Assembly (NCBI GenBank): GCA_964016885.1
Contig: OZ024765.1
Coordinates: forward strand, 14,508,001-14,572,000
Reading direction: 5' to 3'
DNA length: 64,000 nt
From: Eledone cirrhosa
Lineage: Eukaryota
The translations under genes were made by a program, and so were the position numbers. The notes beneath the pieces are model-generated. The model was not told the DNA's origin and searched no databases. It worked only from the letters and a program-made list of their open reading frames with translations. The first letter of the stretch is position 1; each line of letters opens with the position of its first letter. Shown here piece by piece: positions 1-14,759 of the stretch.

Positions 1-7
1 ATATTAT

Positions 8-60
<53 letters not shown>

Positions 61-76
61 ATATATATAATATATG

Positions 77-110
<34 letters not shown>

Positions 111-126
111 ATATATATAATATATG

Positions 127-158
<32 letters not shown>

Positions 159-166
159 ATATATAA

Positions 167-244
<78 letters not shown>

Positions 245-439
245 ATAGATACCCATATATAATATATATATATACATATATACATATATATATATATATA
301 ATATATACACATACACACATATATAAATACATACTCAAATCTTCATATATATCAATGTATATATATAGAACTATATATATATATATATATATACATATAA
401 ATATATATATACCATATACATATTTACACTCACACATAT

Positions 440-484
<45 letters not shown>

Positions 485-533
485 AACATATATATATATA
501 TACACACACACTCACACACACATACATATATAT

Positions 534-587
<54 letters not shown>
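1..587. repeat. (TA)n/(CA)n compound microsatellite
   Basis: Direct reading. Similar blocks at about 5017-5930, 11507-12037, 18129-20172, 45197-46132, 49610-50440, 53788-55567, 56141-58270 and 59377-61000 produce the YIYI ORFs. Confidence 0.98.
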
Positions 588-953
588 TCGATAATATTCA
601 ATTAATGGAAGTGCCGAGCGCTTTACTTTAATAAGTTATCTTTCGCTGATGGCTAAGATTAGATAGCAGAGAGAAAAAAAAAGTTAACGTCCATAGAATT
701 GGCTGCAACGATTCTTGATTAAAGTCAAAATTGATCTATCAACGGAACGCCATTCCTTGCCAAGATCACGACCAATATTCTTCCCATCCAACTATCAGAT
801 AATGAAATTTTCAAAACCTGAAATAACCTATAGAAGATTCCTACACCACCCTTCCCTCTCTCTTTCCACCGCCGCTATCCTCTCGGCCCCGCTCTTTCTT
901 TCTCTCATCCTCCAACTCTTTTCCCCATTCTCGTTCTTGCACTGATGAAGGTG

Positions 954-1038
<85 letters not shown>

Positions 1039-1146
1039 GTAAATATCTATATCTATCTATATATATATTTATATATACACATTTTTATATGTATACATGT
1101 ATATAATTATATATATATATTATATATATATATATATATATGTATT

Positions 1147-1183
<37 letters not shown>

Positions 1184-1186
1184 TAT

Positions 1187-1221
<35 letters not shown>

Positions 1222-1499
1222 CTCGCTCACACACGCATGCATATATATATATATATATATACTTTGGTATGTGTATGTATATAGGGATATGTATAGGGAT
1301 GTGTATATGTATATATATGAGTGTGTGTGTATGCGGTTTGAATGCTGGATATTTTGGTTTTTCATTTTGTTAACCGCAGTAGGTGGCGTTAGTAGTCGGG
1401 GATGGTGTGAGTCGTGTTGCTAGTGGGGGGTGTGTTGGTTGTTGTTGTTGGTATTGGTAGTGGTGTTAATGGTGGTAGTTGTCACACTATTGATGTCAT

Positions 1500-2660
1500 T
1501 AATCGTGTCGAAGGTGGTGATGGTAGTGGTGGTGTTGGTGGTGGTGCTGCTGCTGGTGGTGGTGGTGGTGCTGATGGTGGTGGTGGTGGTGTTGCTGGTA
1601 GTGATGGTAGTGATGTAATTGGTGGTGGTGGTGGTGGTGGTGGTGGTAGTGGTGGTGGTGGTGCTGCTGCTGCTGCTGCTGGTGGTGGTGGTGTTGCTGG
1701 TAGTGATGGTAGTGATGTAATTGGTGGTGGTGGTGGTGGTAGTGGTGGTGGTGGTGGTGCTGCTGCTGCTGCTGCTGCTGGTGGTGGTGGTGGTGTTGCT
1801 GGTAGTGATGGTAGTGATGTAATTGGTGGTGGTGGTGGTGGTGGTGGTAGTGGTGGTGGTGGTGCTGCTGCTGCTGGTGGTGGTGGTGGTGGTGTTGCTG
1901 GTAGTGATGGTAGTGATGTAATTGGTGGTGCTGGTGGTGGTGGTGGTAGTGGTGGTGGTGGTGGTGGTGGTGGTGCTGCTGCTGCTGGTGGTGGTGGTGG
2001 TGTTGCTGGTAGTGATGGTAGTGATGTAATTGGTGGTGGTGGTGGTGGTGGTGGTGGTAGTGATAAAATTGTTGGTGGTGTTAGCGGTGATGGTGCTGAT
2101 GCTAGTGGTATTGGTGGCGTTGGTAGTGGCGAAATTGGTGGTGGTTGTGCTGGAGGTGGTGGTGGTGCTGCTGATAGTGGTATTGGTGGTGGTGGTGGTG
2201 GTGGTGGTGATGGTGGTGGTGGTGATGGTGGTGTTGCTGGTAGTGATGGTGGGGGTGGAGGTGCAGTTGCTGGTAGTGATGGTGCTGGTAGTAATGGTGC
2301 TGGTAGTGATGGGCGGTGGTGGTGCTGGCAGTGGTGGCGGTGCTGGTAGTGGTGGTGGTGGTGACATTGGTGGTGGTGGTGCTGATGGTAGTAGTTGTGG
2401 TGGTGAAGTTAATGATGCTGTTAGCACTAATAGATTTGGTCGTGTAGTGGTAGTAGTAGTAGTAGTAGCAGTAGTAGTAGTAGCAGTAGCAGTAGTAGTG
2501 GTGGTAGTAGTACTAGTAGCAGTAATAGTAATAGTAGTAGTAGTAGCAGCAGTAGTAGTTGAAATAGTTGCAGTACTAGTAATAGTAGTAGCAATAGCAG
2601 CAACAGTAGTAGTAGTAGTAGTAGCAGCAGCAGTAGTAGTACTAGTAGGGGTGGAGCTGG
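1500..2660. repeat. Degenerate (GGT/GCT)n then (GTA/GCA)n trinucleotide block with a ~100-bp higher-order unit
   Basis: The motif GTTGCTGGTAGTGATGGTAGTGATGTAATT recurs 5 times between 1591 and 2031. Confidence 0.9.
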
Positions 2661-2842
2661 TATCGTTACCGTTGGTGGTTATTTTTGCAATAATGGTAGG
2701 ACAGGCTTGTAAATATATTTGTGGGCTACATGTCTGCGCATGTACATAATATGAATTCTCGCCTCTATTCTGTAAACCCATTTATATATACATAGAGAGG
2801 CACACACACATATCTATCTATCTATATATCTCTCTTTCTCTC

Positions 2843-2891
<49 letters not shown>

Positions 2892-2913
2892 CTATCTATC
2901 TATCTATCTATCT

Positions 2914-2962
<49 letters not shown>

Positions 2963-3102
2963 TATCAAGTAAAATAACGGTGTAAAGTTCTCGCGTGTAA
3001 TCCTGTAATTCATTGAGCTCAAAGGAAAGAGTTTTCCTGACCATCTTAAAGTACAATATAGAGAGCAAAAACACACACTCCTGTGTTTTTTCTCTCTATA
3101 TT

Positions 3103-3135
<33 letters not shown>

Positions 3136-3138
<3 letters not shown>

Positions 3139-3480
3139 AACTCTGGATGTCCGTGAGCATGTCCAGCTAACCTCAGTCTCCTCTGTGTCACTTTTGAGCT
3201 GACTTTTGGGATGCTCCCATACAGCTCTGAGTTTTTCATCCTCAGTGTATACTGATTAATGTTCAGAGCCATCCTCAGCATTCTCGTGTAGCACCCATCC
3301 ACCATCCTTTGGGAGCCCCTACATGGACACACTAGAAGAGGAAGACCAAGGTTAACGTATGTTGATGCCCTAAGGACAGACACTGGTCTGTTGGAGATGC
3401 AGGACATGGCAGCGATAATGAGGGACAGAGACCGCTGGAGAGAACTCATCCATGGATCTCGGGAATTTTACCCGCCTTAG
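3136..3480 (+). mobile_element. RTE-clade LINE 3' fragment with an inverted 5' segment
   Basis: Plus strand 3305-3480 encodes LWEPLHGHTRRGRPRLTYVDALRTD...RDRWRE. Minus strand 3136-3304 encodes DGCYTRMLRMALNI...RRLRLAGH. These are typical RTE ORF C-terminal motifs, and a collinear copy lies at 34422-34670. Confidence 0.9.
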
Positions 3481-4092
3481 ATATATATATATATATATAT
3501 ATATATTACTTTTAAAGTATTTTCCCAATATGCGTCCTGTTGGCTGTATTACATTACAGACAAGCAAGCAATCACAGAATTTTAGTAGAATATAGATAGA
3601 ATACAAAATTGTTAGGAAATAGGAAACTTTACCTGCTTTCTAACCATGTAAAAAATTTGGCAATTGTAATTGTAAAGAGAAAGAAACTGAAATTTTATAA
3701 ATTCGAATCTAAACTAAATCATTGATGAAAAAAAATGGTAGAAAAAATTGTGAAGAAAAAGAATTAAAATGAAAGAAAAATGAGAAAAAAATACATGAAA
3801 GAAAAAAGCAGATACGAAAGAGACAAATCTAAGACGATGAAAAATCGAAAAAAAGTGATAACAAGAATCTAGAACAAGAAGAAGAAAAGGAAGCGATAAT
3901 GAATATATGATGAGGTAAGTAAATATATAAATGGACATGTCTTTGAAACATCGGTTATACGAAAGATGGAGAAATAGACGTTAAATTATAGAAAATTAAT
4001 TCGCACCTTAGCGTTCCTGGTTACGAATCGTGTCTCCTAGTTTGACATCGTAGAGAAGAAAAATACTAATATAATAATAGGAAATAAAATAG

Positions 4093-4265
4093 GACAAGGC
4101 CAGCAATTATACCAGTGTATTACTGGTACTTTATTCTATCGGCACCCTAAGGATGAAAGGCAAAGTTCACCTCGGCCGAATTTGAAATCAGACCATAAAG
4201 AGCCGTAACTCTTTGCTGCAAAGCATGGCGTCCGATCCTCTACGGATACTGCCAATCCACCGCCA
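4093..4265 (-). mobile_element. tRNA-derived SINE, family A
   Basis: The minus strand has an A-box-like TGGCAGTATCCG, a B-box-like TTCAAAT, the core TTGCCTTTCATCCTT..GATAGAATAAAGTACCAG and the tail GGCCTTGT. Many copies occur in the window. The core resembles the Meta/MESC SINE domain (from memory). Confidence 0.88.
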
Positions 4266-4291
4266 TTTTGTTCGGGGTGTTTTTCTGCTGC

Positions 4292-4322
<31 letters not shown>

Positions 4323-4483
4323 GTTGTTGTTGCTGTTGCTCTTGTTACTGTTGTTGCTGCTGCAGCTGTTGTTCTGCTGCCTTCAGGCATCATCATCATT
4401 ATCATCATCATCGGTGTCATCTTCTTCGTCGTCGTCATCGTCGCCATCATAGTCATCGCCGTCATCATCATCATCATCATCAG

Positions 4484-4556
4484 TCCCGCCGCGGTTAACT
4501 TTGCCTTTCATCCTTACGGGGTCGATATAATAAAGTACCAGTCATGCACTGGGGTC
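4484..4556 (+). mobile_element. SINE family A internal fragment
   Basis: TCCCGCCGCGGTTAACTTTGCCTTTCATCCTTACGGGGTCGAT...GTACCAG matches the other copies. Confidence 0.85.
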
Positions 4557-4617
4557 TGTTAATAGTTACGGTAAACATGTACGCAATTCATCACAACGTA
4601 TCCTTATTATGTAAGAA

Positions 4618-4692
4618 GCTGTCTGATGAGATCATGGCACTGGGTACACGGAGTCACTTGGCTACTATTGTCATTGAAATACGTATCACAGC
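4618..4692 (+). ncRNA. Type-I hammerhead ribozyme motif with extended stem II
   Basis: GCTGT-CTGATGA-[46 nt containing ATGGCA/TGTCAT pairing]-GAAA-T-ACGT-A-TC-ACAGC. Stem I GCTGT/ACAGC is perfect, stem III is the palindrome ATACGTAT and the triplet is AUC. AATAAA follows at 4699, then a microsatellite. Confidence 0.72.
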
Positions 4693-4724
4693 ATTACCAA
4701 TAAAGTTATTTAACATTCTGTTAT

Positions 4725-4795
<71 letters not shown>

Positions 4796-4975
4796 CAAAG
4801 GTAAACAGAAATAATAACACAATTGGTACAGTAGATGGAAGGGATATATTAGGTTAACGCTTGATATAGCAGGAAGAGTGTCTTAACGTTTCGGACGTTA
4901 GTCGTTCATCAGAAGAAAGAATGAGAAATTAGATAGATTGAAGGTAGAGGTGGCTTGGAATTGGAAAAAAATGTC
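4796..4975 (-). mobile_element. Short hammerhead-bearing element, family H1 (Penelope-like pLTR/retrozyme-like)
   Basis: Shares AAAGGTAAACAGAAAT...GGAAGGGATATATTAGGTTAAC with 24833-24980 and 48676-48750. The end abuts (TG)n. Confidence 0.8.
4881..4916 (-). ncRNA. Minimal type-I hammerhead motif (H1)
   Basis: Minus strand: TCTT-CTGATGA-A-CGAC-TAAC-GTCC-GAAACGTT-AAGA. Stem I is TCTT/AAGA, there is one stem II mismatch, and stem III is the palindrome ACGT. Confidence 0.8.
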
Positions 4976-5035
4976 TTCATATAACAATAACACGTCCATT
5001 AATGTTGACATCACTTATATATATATATTTGTATA

Positions 5036-5067
<32 letters not shown>

Positions 5068-5785
5068 CATATATATATTTATAGAGAGAGAGAGAGACAG
5101 AAAGAAATATTGATAGTGTATATATATATATTCACTATATATATATACACACACATGTATACATACATATATATATGTATATGTATACATATCTATATAT
5201 ACACATTTATATATATGCATAAATATATACATATATTTATACATAGTTATATATATATATACATATATATATACACACATATATATATATATATATATAC
5301 ACATATATATATATATACATATATATATATACATATATATATAATGGAAAAATTTGAACAGGGACAAAACAGAGAGGCAGTACAACAAATGTAGAAAGTA
5401 ACAAAATCAAACAGATATATAATCAAACAAAATCAAACAAATATATATACATATATATATATATATATACATAGATATATATATATATACATACATACAT
5501 ACATATACATACACACACATATATATATATATATACATACATATATATATATACATACACATACGCACACATATATATATATATATTTATATATGTATGT
5601 AAGTACATACATACATATATAAATATATATATATATGTATGTATATATATATGTATGTATATATATATATATATGTGCGTATGTATATGTATGTATGTAT
5701 GTATATATATATATATATACACATATATATATACATATATATATATACATAGATATATATATACATACATACATACATATACATA

Positions 5786-5816
<31 letters not shown>

Positions 5817-5887
5817 ACATATATATATACATACACATACGTACACATATATATATATATTTATATATGTATGTATGTACTTATGTA

Positions 5888-5931
<44 letters not shown>

Positions 5932-6204
5932 TAAGTGTGGGGGGGGGTGTTAATGTATTTTAAACAATAGATACAGTAGAAATATTGGGATTTGCTGGAA
6001 GGCAGGTGTTGATAGAAAGTCAGGAATTTAAAAATATTCTTTGATTTACATGTACTTCCTCTAAACAGACACACACACATATATATATATACATACACAC
6101 GTACATACACACACACATATATATATATACACACACTCACATACATACACACACACATACAGACACTCATATACATACATATACATACATACATACACAC
6201 ATAT

Positions 6205-6814
6205 ATGGTGGCTGCCAACTCGTTTTCGAGTACGGCCACTACTTTATATCCATGTAGGAGAACCCCTACCGATGCGCTGAACGAGTGTGACCTTTTAGTC
6301 CAGCCAGCGACTTGAAAACTCTGGTACAAACACTACACCTGTGACAATTAATGACACATAGTGCTGGGCCCATGGTACCATGTGACGACAAGTGCAGAGA
6401 GATCTCCAGATATAAAGCAATGCCTGTGCCGTGAAGCTTTTATAGTGAGCAAAGGCACTGCACAAAGCCAGTCCCACTCTCTTAACCGAGATGATATTTA
6501 CCAAAAAGAAGAACAAGTCAACATCATTGGATACCATCAGGGTTGCAGGTGTTATATCAGAGTTTTCCTTCTCCTAGAATTCTGCCTTGACAAAGGCTAA
6601 GGGGTCATCTCTCCCGGTGATTTTGGATGGCCATTGACTCTTAAGAGCTCCTTTGCCCTTTGACAGGTTTTGTTTTTAGTCCTGCAGGATGTCCAAAGTC
6701 ACCCTCCTCACCAAGAAACCTTGGTGGGGTTACCAGTTTAGTCGCCAACGACCTGACCATGAGACAGGTTGTACTGGGATACATGTTACCAGTAGCACCA
6801 ACTGGTGACCTGAC
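6205..6814 (+). mobile_element. Non-coding interspersed repeat, probably derived from an RTE LINE 5'UTR
   Basis: A near-identical copy at 48296-48664 starts at the same base (ATGGTGGCTGCC). It contains GAGTTTTCCTTCTCCTAG...CTGCCTTGACAAAGGCTA, which resembles RTE 5'UTR motifs (from memory). Confidence 0.65.
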
Positions 6815-7672
6815 ATACATATATACTTACATACATACATACACATATATACATATACATACACACACACATATACAGACACTCATATACATACATATAC
6901 ATACATACACACACGTATATATATACATAGATACACACACATATATATATACACTCACAAACATACATACATAGAGATATAGACAGTCTCACACACATAT
7001 ACAGACACTCATATACATACATACACATACATACACACATATATAAATACATACATACACACATATATAAATACATACATACACACATATATAAATGCAT
7101 ACATACATACACACACACATATACAGACACTCATACATACATACACATAAACATACACACATATACATACACTCACACACATATACAGACACTCAAGCAT
7201 ACATACACATAAACATACACACATATACATACACATAAACATACACATATACATACACTCACATACACACATATACAGACACTCATACATACATACACAT
7301 AAACACACATATATACAGAATCATAAAACACAAATACAAACATACACACATACAAACACACATACATACACATAAACATACACACATATACATACACTCA
7401 CATACACACATATACAGGCACTCATACATACATACACATAAACATACACACATATACATACACTCACATACACACATATACAGGCACTCATACATACATA
7501 CACATAAACATACACACATATACATACACTCACATACACACATATACGCACATGCGTTTATATATATTGATTTATCTACATATCTATCTATCTATCTGTC
7601 TGTTTGTCTGTCTGTCTATCTATTAATCTATCTATCGATCTATCTCCCTCTTTCTCTATATATATATCTATG

Positions 7673-7720
7673 TATCGCTGAATTTCTCTCTCTCTATATA
7701 TATATCTATCTATCGCTGAA

Positions 7721-7755
<35 letters not shown>

Positions 7756-7770
7756 CTATCTATCGCTGAA

Positions 7771-7807
<37 letters not shown>

Positions 7808-8508
7808 CGCTGAATTTCTCTCTCTCTCCCTCTCTCTATATATCTATCTATCGCTGAATTTCTCTCTCTCTCTCTATATATATATATCTATATCTATCTA
7901 TCTATCGCTGAATTTCTCTCCCTCTCTCTCTCTCTATATATATATATATCTATATCTATCTATCGCTGAATTTCTCTCCCTCTCTCTATATATATATATC
8001 TACATCTATCTATCGCTGAATTTCTCTGCCTCTCTCTCTATATATATATATATCTATATCTATCTATCGCTGAATTTCTCTCCCTCTCTCTCTATATATA
8101 TATATATCTATCTATCTATCGCTGAATTTCTCTCTCTCTCTCTATATATATATATCTATATCTATCTATCGCTGAATTTCTCTCCCTCTCTCTCTCTATA
8201 TATATATATATATCTATCGCTGAATTTCTCTCCCTCTCTCTATATATCTATCTATCGCTGAATCTCTCTCTCTAGCTATCTATATATATCTATCGCTGAA
8301 TTTCTCTCCCTCTCTCTATATATCTATCTATCGCTGAATCTCTCTCTCTATCTATCTATATATATCTATCGCTGAATTTCTCTCTTTCTCTCTCTCTATC
8401 TATATAAATCTATCGCTGAATTTCTCTCTCTCTCTATATATATATATATATCTATCGCTGAATTTCTCTCTTTCTCTCTCTCTCTCTCTATCTATCTATC
8501 GCTGAATT

Positions 8509-8539
<31 letters not shown>

Positions 8540-8560
8540 CTATCGCTGAATTTCTCTCTC
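7673..8560. repeat. Microsatellite-based minisatellite with constant core TATCGCTGAATTTCTCTC (~20 copies)
   Basis: The core recurs every ~37-54 bp, separated by variable (TC)n(TA)n(TATC)n. Confidence 0.93.
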
Positions 8561-8657
8561 TCTCTCTCTCTCTCTCCCTCTCTCTCTCTCTATATATATA
8601 TATAAAAATATATATAGTGAGAGAGAGAGAGAGAGAGAGTGAGAGATACACAGATCG

Positions 8658-8695
<38 letters not shown>

Positions 8696-9564
8696 ATATG
8701 TGAATCTCTCTATCTATCGATCTTTCACTCTCCCCCTTTCATTATTGCTCGATCTGTCTATCTTTCTATCTGAGCGTTTGCAGGTGCGTCTTTGTTGATG
8801 TGTGTGCATATATTTCATACATATACACATACATACATAAATGCATACATACATACACACATACATCCTTCCAGATATACATACATAATTATATACATAC
8901 ATACACACATATATACACCCTTACATACATACGTACTTAGACACATACATACATACATAGTTATATACATACATACACATATATACACCCTTACATACAT
9001 ACATACTTAGACACATACATACATTCATACCCACATACATACATCCTTCCAGATATACATACATAATTATATACATACATACACACATATATACACCCTT
9101 ACTTATATACATACATCCTTCCATATATACATACATCCTTCCATATATATATATACATACATACACGCACACATATATAAGTGCGTGTTACGTGCAAAGC
9201 TTTATGTACAAATGTCTGCGTGTATGTATGTATATTTACATGTATGTAATTATGTCTATATGTTTGCGTTTCGAACGAATGTTTATATGTATGTACGCAC
9301 ACACACACAGATATATATTTATATATATATATACTTGGACACATGTTTATATGTATGTATACATACACATACATATATATATATATACTTGGACATGTTT
9401 ATATGTATGTATATATACATACACACACACATACATATATATATTTATACTTGTACACGTGTTTATATGTATGTATGAATATATATATATATATATACAT
9501 ACACACACACAAATATATATACTTGTACGCATATTTATATGTATGTATGTAAATATATATATAT

Positions 9565-9631
<67 letters not shown>

Positions 9632-10249
9632 TACATATTTATATTTGTATGTATGTATGTACGTATATATGAGAGAGAGAGAGGGAGAGAGGGAGGGAGA
9701 GAGAGAGGGGGAGAGAGAGAGAGGGAGAGAGGGAGAGAGAGAGGGAGAGGGAGAGATTTACACGTCTTAGTCTATGTATGTTCTGACCTGCCTCTCATCA
9801 GTTGGCAAGGTTTCACAGAAAAGTAAAACATATCTTCCATCTTACAGCAAATAAGAAAGAAGCTCAATGTTGCCGCATTTTAATATCTTTATCATAACTT
9901 GCAATAGGTGACCCGTTAAATCCGATAAAAGTTTAAAACATAATTGTACTAACTTCCCTCTCGTTTGTGAATGAAGTAACTGCTACGCAAGCATCTGATT
10001 CTCACATATATTTCTATTAACCTATCGGATATTTGTGAAATAAAAACTAGCCATCATCTCTATACAGGCCTATCTTTTTCACCTATATTTCTAACCTACC
10101 ATCCATTTGTGAAAATTGATTTAGACACACACACACACACACATATGTATAGCGCTCTTAAGGCTCTTGCTAAACTATCGGTTAATTGTAAAGTATATAA
10201 CAACCAAATTTTATATACACATACAAATAAAGTCGCTTTCATACATACG

Positions 10250-10297
<48 letters not shown>

Positions 10298-10338
10298 AGA
10301 ATTTTCTGATATACACACATATGCAAACACACATTCAC

Positions 10339-10382
<44 letters not shown>

Positions 10383-10523
10383 TTACCTACATACATACAG
10401 ACACATATGTAAACACACATTCACGTATATATATATACATATTTACCTACATACAGACACATGCGTACATATATATATGTATACATATACATACATATAT
10501 ACAGAAATACATATATACATATA

Positions 10524-10589
<66 letters not shown>

Positions 10590-10806
10590 AATGAATAATC
10601 ACAAGGACAATTATTCCCAAAATTAAAAAAATAATTTTCCTGGAAGCGACATCTAATGGTTGAGTCTACCTTCTCCCCCCTCTCCCACTCTCACACTATC
10701 TCTCTCTATTTCTCTTCACACATTCACATATATATGTATATGTGTATGTATGTATAAATATATATATATATATATATGTGTATATATATATTTATATATC
10801 ACACAC

Positions 10807-10837
<31 letters not shown>

Positions 10838-10882
10838 CATACATATATTATCTCTCTATCATATATATACATAATATATCAT

Positions 10883-10917
<35 letters not shown>

Positions 10918-11508
10918 CAACAAACACATATACACACAGACACACCAACAAACACATATACACACACACATATATATATATATACACCATTTATTTCCGT
11001 TTGTTATTTGGAAACTATCCAACAGAAGACGTAGATTCTTATTAAAAACTGTGTGGTTGTAAGTCTTCTGTGTGTGTGTGTTTGTGTTTGTGTGTGTGTG
11101 TGCGTGTGTTTGTGTGTTTGTGCGTGTGTGTTTGTGTGTGTGTGTTGGTTTGTCTGTGCTTCTTTGTGTGTGTGTGCGTGTGTTTGTGTCTGTGCGTGCG
11201 TGTGTGTTTTGTTTGTGTGTGTGCTTGTGTGGTTTGTGTTTGTGTGCCTGTCTGTTTGTCTGTGTGTGTGCGTGTGTGTATGTGTGTGTGCGTTTGTTTG
11301 TGTGTGCATGTATGTTTGTGCGTGTGTATATATATGTGTGTGTGTATTTGTGTGTGTGTATGTGTGTGTACTTTCTGTTTTTGAAATGTTCAAGGAAATA
11401 CAGAAGATTTACAATTATATATATCGGCACACACACACACCACACACACACACATCTGCACTGCACAACATACTTACACAATATACACCCACTTATTTAT
11501 GTATTCAA

Positions 11509-11551
<43 letters not shown>

Positions 11552-11613
11552 TTTATATGCAAATATATATATATATATCCATATATATATACATATTTAT
11601 AAGCAAATATATA

Positions 11614-11676
<63 letters not shown>

Positions 11677-11792
11677 GCAAATATATATATGTATATATAT
11701 ATATATATTTATATGCAAATATATAAATGTATATATATATATATTTATATATACATACATATTTATATGCAAATAGACATACATATATTTGC

Positions 11793-11839
<47 letters not shown>

Positions 11840-11860
11840 TATATATATATATATATCTGC

Positions 11861-11908
<48 letters not shown>

Positions 11909-11910
11909 TT

Positions 11911-11986
<76 letters not shown>

Positions 11987-12005
11987 TTGCATATATATAT
12001 GTGTG

Positions 12006-12038
<33 letters not shown>

Positions 12039-12129
12039 AGAAATTAATCAGGATAAAAATAGAGAAATTAAAAAAATATGTGATAAGTGAAATATCAATA
12101 TTTATCATTATCAACTCTTACCGCCCCCA

Positions 12130-12917
12130 CACCTTCCCCCTTCTCATCTATTAGTACATCACCACCACCATCACCAACACCACCACCACCATCACTACCA
12201 CCTCCATCATCACCATAACCACCATCACCAGCACCACCACCATCACCAGCACCACCACCAACACCCCACCGTCCCCACCACAACTACCATCTTCATCATC
12301 AGCATCTACACCACTATCATCATTAACTGCTACCACCTCTCAATACATTCCCCCTTCTCACCACCATCATCATCATCATCATCATCGTTATCTATTAGTA
12401 CATCACCATCACCACCACCAACAACACCATTATAATCATCAACATCCTCATCATCTACAGCAACCTCTATTATTACATCACCATCACCACCAACATCACC
12501 ACGACGATCATCACCACCATCATCATCACCAACACCACCACCACCATCACCACCATCACCAACAACACCATCAACATCATCATCACAACCACCACCACCA
12601 TCACCACCACCACCAACACCATCATCATCATCATCACCACCACCACCATCACCACCATCACCATCACCACCATCACCACCACCACCACCATCATCACCAT
12701 CACCACCATCCCCATCATCACCATCACCACCAACATCAACATCACCACCACCACCACCATCACCACCATCATCATCACCACCATCACTACCTCCATCACC
12801 ACCATCATCAACATCACCACCACCACCACCACCACCACCACCATCATCATCACCACCATCACTACCTCCATCACCACCATCATCACCACCACCACCACCA
12901 CCACCACCACCACCACC

Positions 12918-12969
<52 letters not shown>

Positions 12970-14620
12970 CCACCATCACCACCACCACCACCACCACCAC
13001 CACCACCACCACCACCACCACCACCACCATCGTCAGTAGCATCTACATATTCATCATCATTATCACCATCACTATATTCGTTGCTAGTGTCCCCACCACC
13101 ACCACCACCACCACCCTTACCATCGTTATCCTTATCACCTACACCACCTCTCCTTCTCCATCTATTCTCCTTCTTCCTGTCGCCACCACCACCATCACCA
13201 CCACCGTCGCCATCACCCCCACCACACGTACCGCCTCGCCTTCTCCTCCATCTATTCTCCTTCTTCCTCTCACCCTCACCACCATCGCCATCACCTCCAC
13301 CACACGTACCGCATCGCCCTCTTCTCCTCCATCTTTTCTCCTTCTTCCTCTTTCTTTTCCTCTTTTTCTTCTATTTCCTCCAATTCCCCCTCCTCTTCCC
13401 TCTCCTCCTCCCCCTCATTCCTGTCATCTCCCCCTCCCTCTATTTCTCCGTCACAAGACGTCCTTCAGAACGCTCTTTTCTCCATTAGTTTTCTGAAAGA
13501 ATTTTTCATTCTATTCTTCTTTCGATAAATCAAATTATTGCCTTTCCGTCTTCTCTAACGAACACCACCCCCCAACCCCTCCTACGTCTCCACCACCCCA
13601 CTCCGCCGCACCACACCACCTGCATCTCCACCTAACCCCACCCCGCACCACACTCCTACATCTCCCCACCCCCACGCACCCCACCACCCTGTCATTACAT
13701 TGGAGTTATTCTCCAGCTCACTCCGCCGCCACCACCACCACTACCCCCCCCCCCCACCTCACCGCACCACCACCGCCTACATCTCCTCCCCCTACATCTC
13801 CTCGCGCACCTCACACTCCCACACCACCACCGCCGCCTACATCTCGCCCATCTCACCACCACCACCCCTACCACCGCCGATACCACCATCGCCGCCTACC
13901 TCAAACCCCACCCCCACACCACCTACATCTCCTCGCCCACCTCACCCCCACACCACCACCACCACCTCACTACACCACCGCCACCCTCTCAATACACTGT
14001 AATTGTCTCAAAAGAAACAAGAGACCGTTTTTCTATTAACTTGTTTCGTCAAAATTGGATAAAAAAATGAAAAGGAAAGGAAAAATAAATATATTTTTAG
14101 ATAATGTTGTTGTTGTTGTTGGTGGTGGTGTTGATGGTGGTGGTGTTGGTGGTGGTGGTGGTGGTGGTGTTGATGGTGTTTGTGGTGGTGTTGGTGGTGT
14201 TAGATGGTGTTTGTGGTGGTGGTGTTGTTGGTGGTGGTGTTGTTGGTGTTTGTGGTGGTGGTGTTGTTGGTGTTTGTGGTGGTGGTGTTGTTGCTGGTGG
14301 TGGTGGTGGTGGTGGTGTTGGTGGTGGTGGTGGTGGTGGTGTTGGTGCTGGTGTTGGTGGTGTGGTGGTGGTGTTTGTGGTGGTGTTGTTGGTGTTTGTG
14401 GTGGTGGTGTTGTTGGTGGTGTTGCTGTTGTTGGTGGTGTGGCTGTTGGTGGTGCTGGTGGTGTTGGTGGTGTTGTTGGTGGTGTTGTTGGTGGTGTTGT
14501 TGGTGGTGTTGTTGGTGTTGTTGGTGGTGTTGTTGGTGTTATTGTTGTTCGTGCTGGTGTTGGTGTTGTTGGTGGTGGTGTTGTAGTTGGTTGTGCTGTT
14601 GGTGGTGTTTGTGGTGTTGA
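12130..14620. repeat. (CAC/CAT)n, pyrimidine-rich and (GGT/GTT)n low-complexity blocks
   Basis: Direct reading. Confidence 0.9.
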
Positions 14621-14759
14621 TCATAGTGAAGTTTAAGATGATGATGATGATAAATCCCGCTCATCAGCTGTCTTCTGAGGTTAATTGTGGTTTCGGGCGT
14701 TATGGTATATAAATCCCAATGACTGACTAAATACACACGTATATATTCTCAAAAAAATA

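Noticed and set aside
936-955. CTGATGAAGG before (TA)n as a hammerhead
   Set aside because: There is no GAAA half, so at best it is truncated.
7673-8560. CRISPR-like constant repeat with variable spacers
   Set aside because: The spacers are only microsatellite length variants, there are no cas genes and the context is eukaryotic.
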